Assembly: GCA_043825875.1 (NCBI GenBank)
Contig: JBDRRF010000076.1
Span: 96,001-160,000, forward strand
Length of the DNA stretch: 64,000 bases
Source of the DNA: Pseudomonadota bacterium
Lineage (GTDB): Bacteria > Desulfobacterota > Desulfobacteria > Desulfobacterales > RPRI01
Direction: 5' to 3'
Shown here: piece after piece, positions 49,473-59,362 of the stretch
Layout: the number at the start of each line of letters is the position of its first letter
How positions within the stretch are numbered: position 1 is the first letter of the stretch
Notes under the pieces: generated by a model
Database searches by the model: none
Told to the model about the DNA's origin: nothing
Seen by the model: the letters and a program-made list of their open reading frames with translations, nothing else
Made by a program: the position numbers and the translations under genes

Positions 49473-50093
49473 ATGAAGAACAAAGCAATCATTATCAACG
49501 GGGCCTTACGAATCAAAGGAAACACAGATTCCCTTGTAAACTGGATTATTGAAGGTGCTGCTGAATCAGACGTTGAAATTGATCTTATGACTCTCAGAGA
49601 ACTATCTATCGGTAACTGCACAGGTTGTTATAATTGTATGTCCAAATCCACTTGCTCTATTGAAGACGATATGACAGGAATTCGCACTTCTATGCTGAGT
49701 GCTCAATTATTGATATTTGCTTCACCCTTGTATTGGTGAGGAGTTACAGGTTTAATGAAAACGTTTTTAGACCGGCTATTCTTTTATTACCATCCGAAGA
49801 CAAAGCCCCGGATTTCCGGTAAGAAGGCCATCATTGTAACCCCCATGAACCAGCAAAATGTGTTTTATGAGTCTGAAATACTGGTCAGTTTCTATACACG
49901 ACTGCTCAACTGTCTTGGCATAAATAAAATAGATATGTTCTTTTTCGGTGATATTATGACCAAAAAGAACATTTTACAAAAGCCCAAATATCTCAAAGAA
50001 GCTTATGCTATCGGAAAAAACATTTTAAGTACAATTAGTAATGGTAATACCGAATTTCAAAAAACAAGCATCCAAATTATCAAAGGAGCTTAA
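49473..50093 (+). CDS. Flavodoxin-like / iron-sulfur flavoprotein with an in-frame UGA at 49737-49739 (Sec candidate or pseudogene)
   Basis: GNT, CTGCYNC....C..EDDM and ASPLYW-UGA-GVTGLMKTFLDR; the two ORF-track pieces share one frame. Confidence 0.75.
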
Positions 50094-50153
50094 CAAGGAC
50101 TTTCAATCAGTTTCATACTCCCTGTATAAACCCATTTATAACACTATTTCCTA

Positions 50154-50492
50154 TTACAAAACAATTGCCATATCCCCCAGCAGAACATCCGGAGGCACTG
50201 ATTCACCACGGGCATTTACCTGCTCGAAGTAATCATGGAATCCGGTCTTGATTACTTCCTGTTCGAAAAACACTGCTTTTTCCTTATCTGGCATTTGCCA
50301 TACGGCAATATATTTGAAATCGGCTTTATATTCCGTGTCTTCGTCGTTTATGGCAAAACTCAGTAATTTTACACCGGATTCAGTCAACATTCCAATTACA
50401 GGAAAAAGGCTGTCTATGAAAGATTTGCGCTCGTTATCCGAAAGTCCGATCCATGCCGGTTTTGGCTTCCATAATTCCACATAAATATGCAT
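50154..50492 (-). CDS. Hypothetical protein (DUF6616-like)
   Basis: YVELWKPKPAW...AVWQMPD...GFHDYFEQVNARG; AAGGAG RBS. Confidence 0.65.
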   Translation of the reverse strand: MHIYVELWKPKPAWIGLSDNERKSFIDSLFPVIGMLTESGVKLLSFAINDEDTEYKADFKYIAVWQMPDKEKAVFFEQEVIKTGFHDYFEQVNARGESVPPDVLLGDMAIVL

Positions 50493-50538
50493 TTGTGTCG
50501 CTCCTTATTTAAAATTGGTTCTATGGGCAAATAATATA

Positions 50539-51453
50539 TCATTTATTTGATAGAAGTTGATACACTACCTCATGGCATGGAACGCTAAGTCCATACTCTT
50601 TGGCACAATTTATTATGTATCCTGTGAATATATCAAGCTCCGTTTTTTTCTTTCTTTCAAAATCCATTTGCAGTGAAGATTTGGTTTCATATGGAAACAA
50701 GGATACCTTATCAACAGACTTTTTACAAATATCATCAGGAAGAATTATATTCTGATATTTTGAAATGCTTTCGACTTCTTTTAATAAACCCAACAAGAGG
50801 CTTTTACTTTCGGTATTCTCCATAATTTCGCCGAATGTTTTTTTGCAATAAGAAGTTGCGCTTGCAAGAGGAGAAACAAACATATATTTTTCCCATATAA
50901 CATTTTTTATGTCTTTGCGGTATTCGGCCTTTATGCCTGCATCTTTTAGCAGTTGTTCAATTTTTAAATATTCTTTACTTGTACTTTCACTTCCAAAATA
51001 GAATTTACATGATCCGCCCGATTGACGAACAACACCGGCATTTTCAATTGATGCACCGATATATACGCAACCGTCTAATATCCGAATATCAGGAAGCACA
51101 GCCTTTAAACGTTCTGCATTATCCACTCCATTTAATAAAGTAATTGCCACCGTGTTTTTATTCACACAATTTTTAAATAATTTTGCACTTTCTTCAAGAT
51201 CATAGCTTTTCACACAAAAAATTATTAAATCAAACAAACCGCAACTTTCCGGATCACTGCTTGCTTTGTAAGGTCTTGCAACAAAAGCACCCTCATCTGC
51301 AATTACTTTTAAGCCGTTTTTAATTATTTCTTCCAGATGTTTTCCGCGGGCTATAAATACTGTTTTTATATCGTTTCTGTTTTCAGAATATCTTGCCAGT
51401 TTCCCGCCAAAATATCCGCCCACACCACCGATTCCCATTATTGCGATTTTCAT
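50539..51453 (-). CDS. panE: 2-dehydropantoate 2-reductase
   Basis: GIGGVGGYFG, CVKSYD, LLNG, WEKY and SSLQMD...TELD motifs. Confidence 0.88.
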   Translation of the reverse strand: MKIAIMGIGGVGGYFGGKLARYSENRNDIKTVFIARGKHLEEIIKNGLKVIADEGAFVARPYKASSDPESCGLFDLIIFCVKSYDLEESAKLFKNCVNKNTVAITLLNGVDNAERLKAVLPDIRILDGCVYIGASIENAGVVRQSGGSCKFYFGSESTSKEYLKIEQLLKDAGIKAEYRKDIKNVIWEKYMFVSPLASATSYCKKTFGEIMENTESKSLLLGLLKEVESISKYQNIILPDDICKKSVDKVSLFPYETKSSLQMDFERKKKTELDIFTGYIINCAKEYGLSVPCHEVVYQLLSNK

Positions 51454-51459
51454 TTTAAT

Positions 51460-51753
51460 TCATGTAACCTCTGTAAAGAGATTTACCGACACTGAATCAA
51501 TAAACTCACCTGCTGTTTCCTTAAAACTCAGCAAATAAGGTTGCTGGCTGTGAAAGTCAAAAGATTTTCTATCAGCAAATTTTTCTATCATTGTAAACAA
51601 GTTTGGATTTTCAAGCCCTTCGTAAAGAACATAACTTATGCAGCCGTCTTCATTTCTGGTCGGTTCAATCAGGGCACTTAATGCATTTTTTAATTTTTCT
51701 GTACAACCTTCTTTAGCAGTAAATGTTGCAACGCAGGTAATATTTTCTTTCAT
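51460..51753 (-). CDS. Antibiotic-biosynthesis-monooxygenase (ABM) domain protein
   Basis: AKEG...PTRNEDGCISY.L...F.MIEKF...H; start MKENIT. Confidence 0.8.
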   Translation of the reverse strand: MKENITCVATFTAKEGCTEKLKNALSALIEPTRNEDGCISYVLYEGLENPNLFTMIEKFADRKSFDFHSQQPYLLSFKETAGEFIDSVSVNLFTEVT

Positions 51754-51776
51754 TTCCTTACCTTCCTTTTTATTTT

Positions 51777-52382
51777 CTAAAGCCCATGGTTTAAAATTTT
51801 CTGATGGATATACCTGGATTTGCCCTGACAACTTAAACATTCTGATCCATCTTTTTGAGGATAGGCTTCTTTGCAGTTAGTACATACAATTATTGCACCT
51901 TTGCTGTGCTTGCCCAAATATTTACTATCAATAGTTATACTTTGTATTCCACAGATATCAGCGCCTGCTTCCTCGATTTGTTCTAAAAGCAAATCTTTAT
52001 TCTGTTCTTTTTTTGTTTTGAGCTTAAAAAGCCAGCTTTTAATCTCCGGATACTGTTCCAGCTTTTTCGGATCTAAAAAAACACGAACTCCTTCTCCGGT
52101 AAATTTATCATAAAGACTTAAGGCAAACAGGCCTAAATTGTTTACTGTAACCCTGCCGTTTCCTGTGGTACACGGTGTAAGGATCTGAATAGCGTCAGGC
52201 AGACAGCTTAATGTCTCACAAAGAGCCTCAAAAAGTACTCCTTCAGGCATATGCTGCATAGCATAATCGACCATTATTCCTCCGACAAGGATTCCCGGAG
52301 CTGGGTATCCATGAAAATCTTTGGCAGCAGCCACATACTCTTTAAAAGAATAACGGCCAATCATTTTTTTGTTATTTTTCAT
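51777..52382 (-). CDS. FmdE/FwdE family protein with a C-terminal zinc finger
   Basis: FHGYPAPG, CET.SCLPDAIQILTPCT.GN and CTNCKE...CLSC motifs. Confidence 0.85.
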   Translation of the reverse strand: MKNNKKMIGRYSFKEYVAAAKDFHGYPAPGILVGGIMVDYAMQHMPEGVLFEALCETLSCLPDAIQILTPCTTGNGRVTVNNLGLFALSLYDKFTGEGVRVFLDPKKLEQYPEIKSWLFKLKTKKEQNKDLLLEQIEEAGADICGIQSITIDSKYLGKHSKGAIIVCTNCKEAYPQKDGSECLSCQGKSRYIHQKILNHGL

Positions 52383-52532
52383 TACTTTTACCCAAATATA
52401 TTCTTATTAAAATTTTATATCGATACCAAAGGTGCTCTTTACATTTGCCTATGCTACATTACTTATGGAAGAATCTTTTTCAACAAATAATTCCTCTTTT
52501 TAAAATAATTGATACTAACGCATGGGTATATG

Positions 52533-52769
52533 CTATTCATCGGAGATTACAGGATCAAGTACAATAGCTCTATATGCACAAACCTTTGTGCATTTATTAC
52601 ATCCAACACATATGGAACCACGCTTTAGTCTTGTTTTTTTCAATTTCTCATCAAAGATGATGTATTGCTTTGAGCAAACTACAATGCACTTTTTGCAACT
52701 TTGACATTTATCAGATTTAATCCGAATTCTATAGGCTAAATGCTTCTTTGCCTGTGCTGCGGTATTCAA
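52533..52769 (-). CDS. 2x[4Fe-4S] ferredoxin-like protein
   Basis: CQSCKKCIVVC and CVGCNKCTKVC; TTG start after GGAGG. Confidence 0.75.
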   Translation of the reverse strand: MNTAAQAKKHLAYRIRIKSDKCQSCKKCIVVCSKQYIIFDEKLKKTRLKRGSICVGCNKCTKVCAYRAIVLDPVISDE

Positions 52770-53048
52770 CTGATACCTCCTCTTAACTCTGCTTGAAAAC
52801 AACCAAATCCGGCTTCCCCAGTTTTTGAAATCAGATAAATTTATATAATACCATATTGGATCAATTATCAAATATAAATGTGCTTTATTAATAATATTGG
52901 TAGCTTTTTTATAATAAAATAAGCGGTAATATAAATTCGTAAAAGTTGAGATACTTGCAAGAATAGGAATATTGAAATATAAGAGAGTTGGATTTATGAA
53001 ATATAATAGTTGCTTTATTCAAGACCATCAAAAACTACGGAAATATAA

Positions 53049-54188
53049 ATGAAATCAAAAGATATCGGATTTAAACTTATTGCCATTGATCAATGCGGTG
53101 CAAGACTGGGCGAATTTAATACAGCTCACGGCATAGTACATACTCCTGCCTTTATGCCTGTGGGTACCGCCGGATTTGTACGATCTATTACTCCAAGAGA
53201 TGTTGCCGAAACGAATTCCGAAGTTGTGCTTGCAAACACTTATCATCTTTCCATCGGTGAAAGACTTGCTACGGTTAAACGATTGGGAGGTCTTCACCGT
53301 TTTATGGGCTGGGATAAAACCATACTTACCGACTCAGGCGGTTTTCAGGTTTTTTCTCTTCCCGGAAAAGAAATAAGCGATGACGGCGTTTCTTTTTCCT
53401 ATGAGGAAGGCGGAGAACGCATTTTCTTTTCTCCTGAGCGCTCAATGGAGATTCAGCGTGATCTTGGAGCAGATATCGTAATGGCTTTTGATGAATGTGT
53501 TGAACATACGGCTTCAAGAGAATATATACGACAATCGGTTGAGCGGACTACCGAATGGGCAAAACGCTGCCGAAAAGTTGGATTAAAAGAATACCAGTTT
53601 ATGTTCGGAATCGTTCAGGGCGGTATTTTTCCTGAACTTCGGCAAAAAAGTGCTGCCGGAATCACCTCAATTCCTTTTGACGGTTATGCGATAGGCGGAG
53701 TCAGCGTAGGCGAGGGTTTCGAGCTTATGAAAAAAGTGGTTGAAATCACAGCGCCTTTATTGCCGGAACATAAACCCAAGTATTTAATGGGGGTTGGACT
53801 TCCTGAAGATTTGCTTGCAGCGGTAAAAGGCGGAATGGATATGTTCGACTGTGTAATTCCTACAAGGTACGCCAGGCAAGGAACCCTTTTTACACGGATG
53901 GGTAAAATCAGAATTCTTGATAAAACCTACCGTAAAGACAAGTTTCCCCTTGATACAAAATGTCAGTGCTACACATGCAAAACATATCCACGAATGGTTT
54001 TGCGTTATCTGCTGTTTTCCCGCGATCCTCTTGCTGAAACACTTCTTACCATTCACAACCTGACCTTTTATCAGGATTTAATGAAAGACATAAGAAACGC
54101 CATAAAACAAAACCGCTATAACGATTTTTGCGAAGAATGGCTTGAAGTGTATAAGAAAAAAAGCAGAAAGAACAAAGATAGCGAGTAA
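53049..54188 (+). CDS. tgt: tRNA-guanine transglycosylase
   Basis: TPAFMPVGT, NTYHL, TDSGGFQV, DMFDCV.PTR and CQCYTC...HN motifs. Confidence 0.95.
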   Translation: MKSKDIGFKLIAIDQCGARLGEFNTAHGIVHTPAFMPVGTAGFVRSITPRDVAETNSEVVLANTYHLSIGERLATVKRLGGLHRFMGWDKTILTDSGGFQVFSLPGKEISDDGVSFSYEEGGERIFFSPERSMEIQRDLGADIVMAFDECVEHTASREYIRQSVERTTEWAKRCRKVGLKEYQFMFGIVQGGIFPELRQKSAAGITSIPFDGYAIGGVSVGEGFELMKKVVEITAPLLPEHKPKYLMGVGLPEDLLAAVKGGMDMFDCVIPTRYARQGTLFTRMGKIRILDKTYRKDKFPLDTKCQCYTCKTYPRMVLRYLLFSRDPLAETLLTIHNLTFYQDLMKDIRNAIKQNRYNDFCEEWLEVYKKKSRKNKDSE

Positions 54189-54254
54189 AACTCAACCCGA
54201 AAAGCAGAGGGCCTCAGTAAAACCTCTATGGAAGGGGTATGCAAAGAAAAAGGC

Positions 54255-54294
54255 GGCGGGGTGTAAAACCCCGCCCTACACATCTGCTGTTACT
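54255..54294 (-). repeat. REP-like palindrome, copy B (GTAG-type)
   Basis: Minus strand AGTAACAGCAGATGT-GTAG-GGCGGGGTTTTACACCCCGCC. Confidence 0.5.
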
Positions 54295-54457
54295 GTAGAA
54301 ACAATCTACCGATCCTCGATATCATATCTTGTATCTTCCTTCGATATTCATTATTTTTTATTCGATATTCGATATTTTAATTACTTTTTAGCGCTTATGA
54401 CCCCCGGTTTCTGATACCTGCCCCCTGATCCTTGGACACTCTATTTAGTTTTTCTCA

Positions 54458-56143
54458 TCATATCCTTGTTAGCTGCCGGTATTTAATTCGGTGAGGCTGG
54501 TTTGCCGCAGCCCCTAAACGAGCTTTCATATCCGCTTCATATTCGGAGTAGTTTCCTTCAAACCATACTACTTTGCTGTTTCCTTCAAAAGCTAGTATAT
54601 GGGTTGCTATCCTGTCAAGAAACCACCTGTCATGACTTATCACAACCGCACAACCTCCGAAGTTCTCAAGCGCTTCTTCCAAAGCCCGCATGGTGTTTAC
54701 ATCAAGGTCATTTGTAGGTTCATCAAGAAGAAGTACATTAGCACCTTCTTTTAACATACGTGCAAGATGCACCCTGTTTCTTTCTCCGCCTGAAAGCAAT
54801 CCGACTTTTTTCTGCTGATCGGTTCCTGAAAAATTAAACTTAGACACATAGGCGCGCGAGTTTACTTCCTTGTTTCCTAACATAACGATATCAAGCCCTT
54901 CAGAAATTACTTCCCATATACTTTTTGACGGGTCAAGAACATCCCTGCTTTGATCAACATATGCCGTTTTTACGGTTTCTCCGATTTTAATTTCTCCCGA
55001 ACCAGGCTTGTCTTGCCCTACTATCATTCTAAACAACGTAGTTTTTCCGGCGCCGTTAGGGCCAACAACTCCGATTATACCGCCTGGAGGAAGAGAAAAA
55101 GTCATGTTTTCAATAAGAAGATTATTATTAAAGCCCTTAGATACATCTTTTGCCTCTATTACTATATTCCCGAGACGGGGTCCGGGTGGAATGTATATTT
55201 CAAGATCTTTCGCTCTTTTTTCAACTTCCTGGCCAAGAAGAGCTTCGTAAGAATTAATACGCGCCTTGGATTTGGCATGACGTCCTTTAGGAGATAACCT
55301 GATCCATTCAAGCTCTCTTTGCAATGTCTTACGGCGCTCGCTTGTTGTCTTTTCTTCCTGTGATAGTCTTGCCTGCTTTTGCTCAAGCCATGACGAATAG
55401 TTTCCTTTCCAGGGAATTCCGTGGCCTTTATCCAGCTCAAGTATCCATCCGGCAACATTATCAAGAAAATACCTGTCATGAGTTACGGCAATAATTGTTC
55501 CCGCATAATTTTTCAGATGATGTTCAAGCCATGCAACAGATTCTGCATCAAGATGGTTTGTAGGCTCATCAAGAAGCAGAATATCCGGTTTTTGAAGTAG
55601 TAATCTGCAAAGAGCAACACGTCTTTTCTCGCCACCTGACAACACCTTTACAGCTGTTTCTCCGGAAGGGCATCTAAGGGCATCCATAGCCATTTCAAGG
55701 CGTGCATCAAGATCCCAGGCATCAAGCACATCAAGTTTTTCCTGCACTACGCCCTGGCGCTCGATAAGCTTATTCATTTCATCATCTGACATAGGCTCTG
55801 CAAATTTTTCATTTATGCTGTTATATTCATTAACAACATCAACTATATCCTGCACTCCTTCTTCAACTATTCCCTTCACAGTCTTGTTTTCATTAAGTAT
55901 CGGCTCTTGCTCCAGCAAACCTATAGTGTGTCCGGGAGAAAGAATTGTCTTTCCAACAAATTCATTGTCAACCCCGGCAAGAATCTTAAGTAATGAGCTT
56001 TTGCCCGAACCGTTTAAGCCAAGAACTCCAATCTTTGCACCATAAAAATAAGAAAGATTGATATCTTTAATAATAGGTTTCTTGTCATAAAATTTACTTA
56101 CCCCAATCATGGAATATATTATTTTGTTAGGATCATTACTCAT
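54458..56143 (-). CDS. ettA: Energy-dependent translational throttle protein (ABC-F)
   Basis: GAKIGVLGLNGSGKS, LSGGE, ELEWIRLSPKGRHAKSKAR and PHRIKYR motifs. Confidence 0.95.
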   Translation of the reverse strand: MSNDPNKIIYSMIGVSKFYDKKPIIKDINLSYFYGAKIGVLGLNGSGKSSLLKILAGVDNEFVGKTILSPGHTIGLLEQEPILNENKTVKGIVEEGVQDIVDVVNEYNSINEKFAEPMSDDEMNKLIERQGVVQEKLDVLDAWDLDARLEMAMDALRCPSGETAVKVLSGGEKRRVALCRLLLQKPDILLLDEPTNHLDAESVAWLEHHLKNYAGTIIAVTHDRYFLDNVAGWILELDKGHGIPWKGNYSSWLEQKQARLSQEEKTTSERRKTLQRELEWIRLSPKGRHAKSKARINSYEALLGQEVEKRAKDLEIYIPPGPRLGNIVIEAKDVSKGFNNNLLIENMTFSLPPGGIIGVVGPNGAGKTTLFRMIVGQDKPGSGEIKIGETVKTAYVDQSRDVLDPSKSIWEVISEGLDIVMLGNKEVNSRAYVSKFNFSGTDQQKKVGLLSGGERNRVHLARMLKEGANVLLLDEPTNDLDVNTMRALEEALENFGGCAVVISHDRWFLDRIATHILAFEGNSKVVWFEGNYSEYEADMKARLGAAANQPHRIKYRQLTRI

Positions 56144-56164
56144 CTTCTTTAAATTTCTCCTTAT

Positions 56165-56890
56165 TCACAAAAGCCGCCTGGCATTTCTCTCAGGAAGCCC
56201 TGCTTTTATAATTTTATTTACTACAGAATTAATATCGTAAGAGATATATTTTACTTCAATTGAATCATTTAATGTATCCCATATAATATATTTGGCATGC
56301 TTGTCACCGTCTCTTGGCTGCCCCACGCTTCCGGCGTTTATTATATAGCGCTTATCGGCGCAAAGCTGCGTTACGCCTTTATCCAGAACGTTATGTGCTA
56401 TAGTACTTCCATCAATTTCAATTAATCTTAAGCTATGCGTATGACCTATAAAACATACCCTCTCCTCGTATTTTCCTAAAGCATCAAATATCCCTTTTTT
56501 GTCAAATTCAAACATATATTTTGTCGGCGATTCAGGAGGAAAACCGTGAACAAAACGAGAACTGTAAGTTAGTATGCTTTTCTTAAGGCTTTTAACAAAA
56601 CGTAAAGATTCTTCTTTTAGCATACCTATTGTGATTAGCATAGAACGGTATGCAGAAGGATTAAATCTTGATAGATACTCCCGATTGATAATACATAGTT
56701 CATGGTTTCCCAGGACAGTCGGTATTTTACGATCACAAATCATTTTGATGGTTTCATTCGGTTCAGGCCCGTAACCTATGACATCACCAAGACAAACTAT
56801 TTTATCTGCACCCGAAATATCGATATCGGCCAGAACTGCTTCAAATGCTTCTGCGTTGCCATGAATATCCGAAACAACTGCAAGTTTCAT
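56165..56890 (-). CDS. Metallophosphoesterase family protein
   Basis: SDIHGN, LGD.IGYG, GNHE, GHTH and GSVGQPRD motifs. Confidence 0.9.
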   Translation of the reverse strand: MKLAVVSDIHGNAEAFEAVLADIDISGADKIVCLGDVIGYGPEPNETIKMICDRKIPTVLGNHELCIINREYLSRFNPSAYRSMLITIGMLKEESLRFVKSLKKSILTYSSRFVHGFPPESPTKYMFEFDKKGIFDALGKYEERVCFIGHTHSLRLIEIDGSTIAHNVLDKGVTQLCADKRYIINAGSVGQPRDGDKHAKYIIWDTLNDSIEVKYISYDINSVVNKIIKAGLPERNARRLL

Positions 56891-56907
56891 AAAGCTCCGT
56901 AAGAATA

Positions 56908-57204
56908 TCAGCGGTCTTTTTTCTGTGCCCTGTAAATGCTTTCGTTTACTTCAAGTTCAAACAGATTTTCGCCAAGTAAATTAAGAATCGCTTTCCCTTC
57001 TTCTGTTCCTGCAAGAACCGGATGCCTGCCTCTTAAATGAGCAAAATCCGTATATTCTAGGAAACTCTTAAGTCCTTCGATTTTTTCTTCCAACTCAGAA
57101 TCTGTCGATTCAGAATTTTCGAAAAATTCGGTAATGCTATTATTATATAGGCGCTTAGCCTCTGTTTCTATGCAATGCCCGGATAGATTCATTTTAATTT
57201 TCAT
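56908..57204 (-). CDS. Hypothetical protein
   Basis: 98 aa ORF in operon-like spacing with its neighbours. Confidence 0.6.
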   Translation of the reverse strand: MKIKMNLSGHCIETEAKRLYNNSITEFFENSESTDSELEEKIEGLKSFLEYTDFAHLRGRHPVLAGTEEGKAILNLLGENLFELEVNESIYRAQKKDR

Positions 57205-57247
57205 AAGTACACAAGTTTATGATTTGTAAAATCTACATGATACCGGT

Positions 57248-57676
57248 TTAATAATGTGAGTTATATGCTTTCTTCCATGGATCACGACGAAGTGCTTCAG
57301 CATTTGCAAGCGCTAAATACAGCGCTCCCACAGCAAGCTCTGCACAATGAAAATGATTTTCGGGCAGAGTTTCAAGATATTCGGCCACAGCTTCAGGAGT
57401 AACATCCCAAGCCTTTTCCAGTGTTTTCCCCTCTACCATATCAATAAGCGTATTTGTACATGCAACAGTGTTAATACATCCGTTGATATGATATGAAGCT
57501 GTTTCAATAATATCGCCACGGGTTATTATAAAAAGCTCAATGGTATCTCCGCAATCGCCCTCTTTTTTGCCATAACCATCCGGGGTTTTAATGATTTCAT
57601 TTTTATCATTCATAAAAGCCATTTTCAGGAATTTATCAGAATGATTTTGCCAAAAATCAGATACTTCTGTGCTCAT
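57248..57676 (-). CDS. IscU/NifU-N-like Fe-S scaffold protein
   Basis: GDCGD, GC and HCAELA Cys triad. Confidence 0.85.
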   Translation of the reverse strand: MSTEVSDFWQNHSDKFLKMAFMNDKNEIIKTPDGYGKKEGDCGDTIELFIITRGDIIETASYHINGCINTVACTNTLIDMVEGKTLEKAWDVTPEAVAEYLETLPENHFHCAELAVGALYLALANAEALRRDPWKKAYNSHY

Positions 57677-57799
57677 TTTTTTCTCCAAAACAATTGTCTT
57701 ATAAATATTATATATTTAATTAAGTCTTTTAATAAAACCACAATAGCATTGCAAGCTTTATAAAAGCGGTAAACATGTTGCCTTTTGTCTATTTTCGTT

Positions 57800-58546
57800 T
57801 TATTCGTTAAACCATTTTCTTAATTGTGGGATATACTCATCGGGAAAAGCGTGTTCTACACCTGGCATTTTTACTATAGTTACATCAGGTTGCCAGCCCA
57901 TTGCGTGATTTGCATCCACAAAATCAAGCAAATGGCGCCGCCATTTGTATCTGCGGCTTCCGCCAACAAATTGGATAAAGCGCTTTTTTCGAACAACTAT
58001 TTTATGACCGCTTGTAATGTAACAACCTCCGTCTAAAAGATAGAAGCCTGAAAAATGTTTCATAATAAAAGGATCTACAGCCGAAACCAGCATTGCTGTT
58101 GTGTGTGCACCATTTGAAAATCCGCCAAACAAACTTCGTTTTGCATCAATATTAAAAACAGCATCAAATAAGGTCTTTAACATCTTCCGGTAACACTTGG
58201 AAATTATCAGCAGATCATCATATGCTCCTATCAATACACCTTTAAACATTTCTTCAGGATCAAGGGCTTTTTTAAAAAGCGGCAATGCTACTGCTATAAA
58301 ATCTTTATCAGCCGTCAGTTTACGGACGTAATTTAAATTCTCTCTGTTTATAATTCCGCCATCTCCGCCTGCAATATATACCAAAACGGGAAATAGTGCA
58401 TCCTGTGTATAGTTTTTGGGCAGACAAGCAAGCAGCCGGGGTGTTACCCTTTTGCCTTTTTTCAACCCATATAATGTATCCGGCAGTTCATCAAACGCGA
58501 ACTCCAGTACAGCTTTTGCTTTCAAAGGATTTTTGTTCTTATCCAT
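57800..58546 (-). CDS. Alpha/beta-hydrolase-fold hypothetical protein
   Basis: LP.NY.....PVLV...GGDG, GFSNG nucleophile elbow and a C-terminal GVEHAF; likely start MDKNK. Confidence 0.65.
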   Translation of the reverse strand: MDKNKNPLKAKAVLEFAFDELPDTLYGLKKGKRVTPRLLACLPKNYTQDALFPVLVYIAGGDGGIINRENLNYVRKLTADKDFIAVALPLFKKALDPEEMFKGVLIGAYDDLLIISKCYRKMLKTLFDAVFNIDAKRSLFGGFSNGAHTTAMLVSAVDPFIMKHFSGFYLLDGGCYITSGHKIVVRKKRFIQFVGGSRRYKWRRHLLDFVDANHAMGWQPDVTIVKMPGVEHAFPDEYIPQLRKWFNE

Positions 58547-58663
58547 AATAAAATCCCGGCAAGAATGGAGTATTTTACATCGAAGCGATGAGAAACATAA
58601 TATGATATAAATATATAGAAGTCTATATTTTATAAACAAGGAAGTATTGAGCAATAACTATTC

Positions 58664-59278
58664 CTACCGCGATAAAGCAACAAGCCTGTAAACCAGTGCT
58701 CCTGAAAGCCAGGCTACATCTTCCGGTGAAAGAATATCGCCTATATTGTCATTGAATAATATATTTGCTTCAGATGGAAATTCTTCATCGCCATACCAGA
58801 TAATAAGCTGCAATGAAACATGCGGAAATAGTATAAACTCGAAAGCGGCATCACCTGCATCAAAGGCTTTTCCTTCTAAATATTTTGCAGCGTTAGCAAA
58901 TAAACTGATATTATTGCCGAAAATATCTTTTAAAGGATTTATGGCCCTGTTAACAAAAGCGGAATAATAAAAAGATGCTCCGGGAATTTCCCGAAATGAA
59001 ATCCAGTTTGAATAACCGGTTATTATTGCTTTTGCTAAAAGATAATGCAGTATAATAACCTGTTCCTGAATTGGCACTTCTTTTGGTTCAGGAGATTCAT
59101 CCTTAAATTCAAAATCTGGCCAGCTGACAATATAGAGTCTGTTTAAAAAAGGAACCCTTAATCTATTATTATCAACAAGTTCATATCCTGATCTATTTGC
59201 TATATCAGATAAGGTATCGTTTGAAAGATCCTGAACTGCGATTTTTTTTGCGTTAATATAATCATCAACACGCGCCAT
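58664..59278 (-). CDS. DUF3786 domain protein
   Basis: ILHYL, WISFREIPG..FY..AF and W.GDEEFP.EANILF...L..ED motifs. Confidence 0.8.
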   Translation of the reverse strand: MARVDDYINAKKIAVQDLSNDTLSDIANRSGYELVDNNRLRVPFLNRLYIVSWPDFEFKDESPEPKEVPIQEQVIILHYLLAKAIITGYSNWISFREIPGASFYYSAFVNRAINPLKDIFGNNISLFANAAKYLEGKAFDAGDAAFEFILFPHVSLQLIIWYGDEEFPSEANILFNDNIGDILSPEDVAWLSGALVYRLVALSR

Positions 59279-59311
59279 TTTTTAACTCCTGGTGCCGGCG
59301 GTAAAACAAAT

Positions 59312-59341
59312 AAAAGCCTCACCTTATCAGGCGAGGCTTTT
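59312..59341. terminator. Intrinsic terminator after acsE
   Basis: AAAAGCCTCACC...GGCGAGGCTTTT hairpin. Confidence 0.65.
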
Positions 59342-59362
59342 ATTATTTATTTATCTAAAAAA

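Noticed and set aside
54310..54380. Degenerate TTCGATA heptamer run between tgt and ettA
   Set aside because: Short low-complexity repeat with no partner arm or other structure that I can support.
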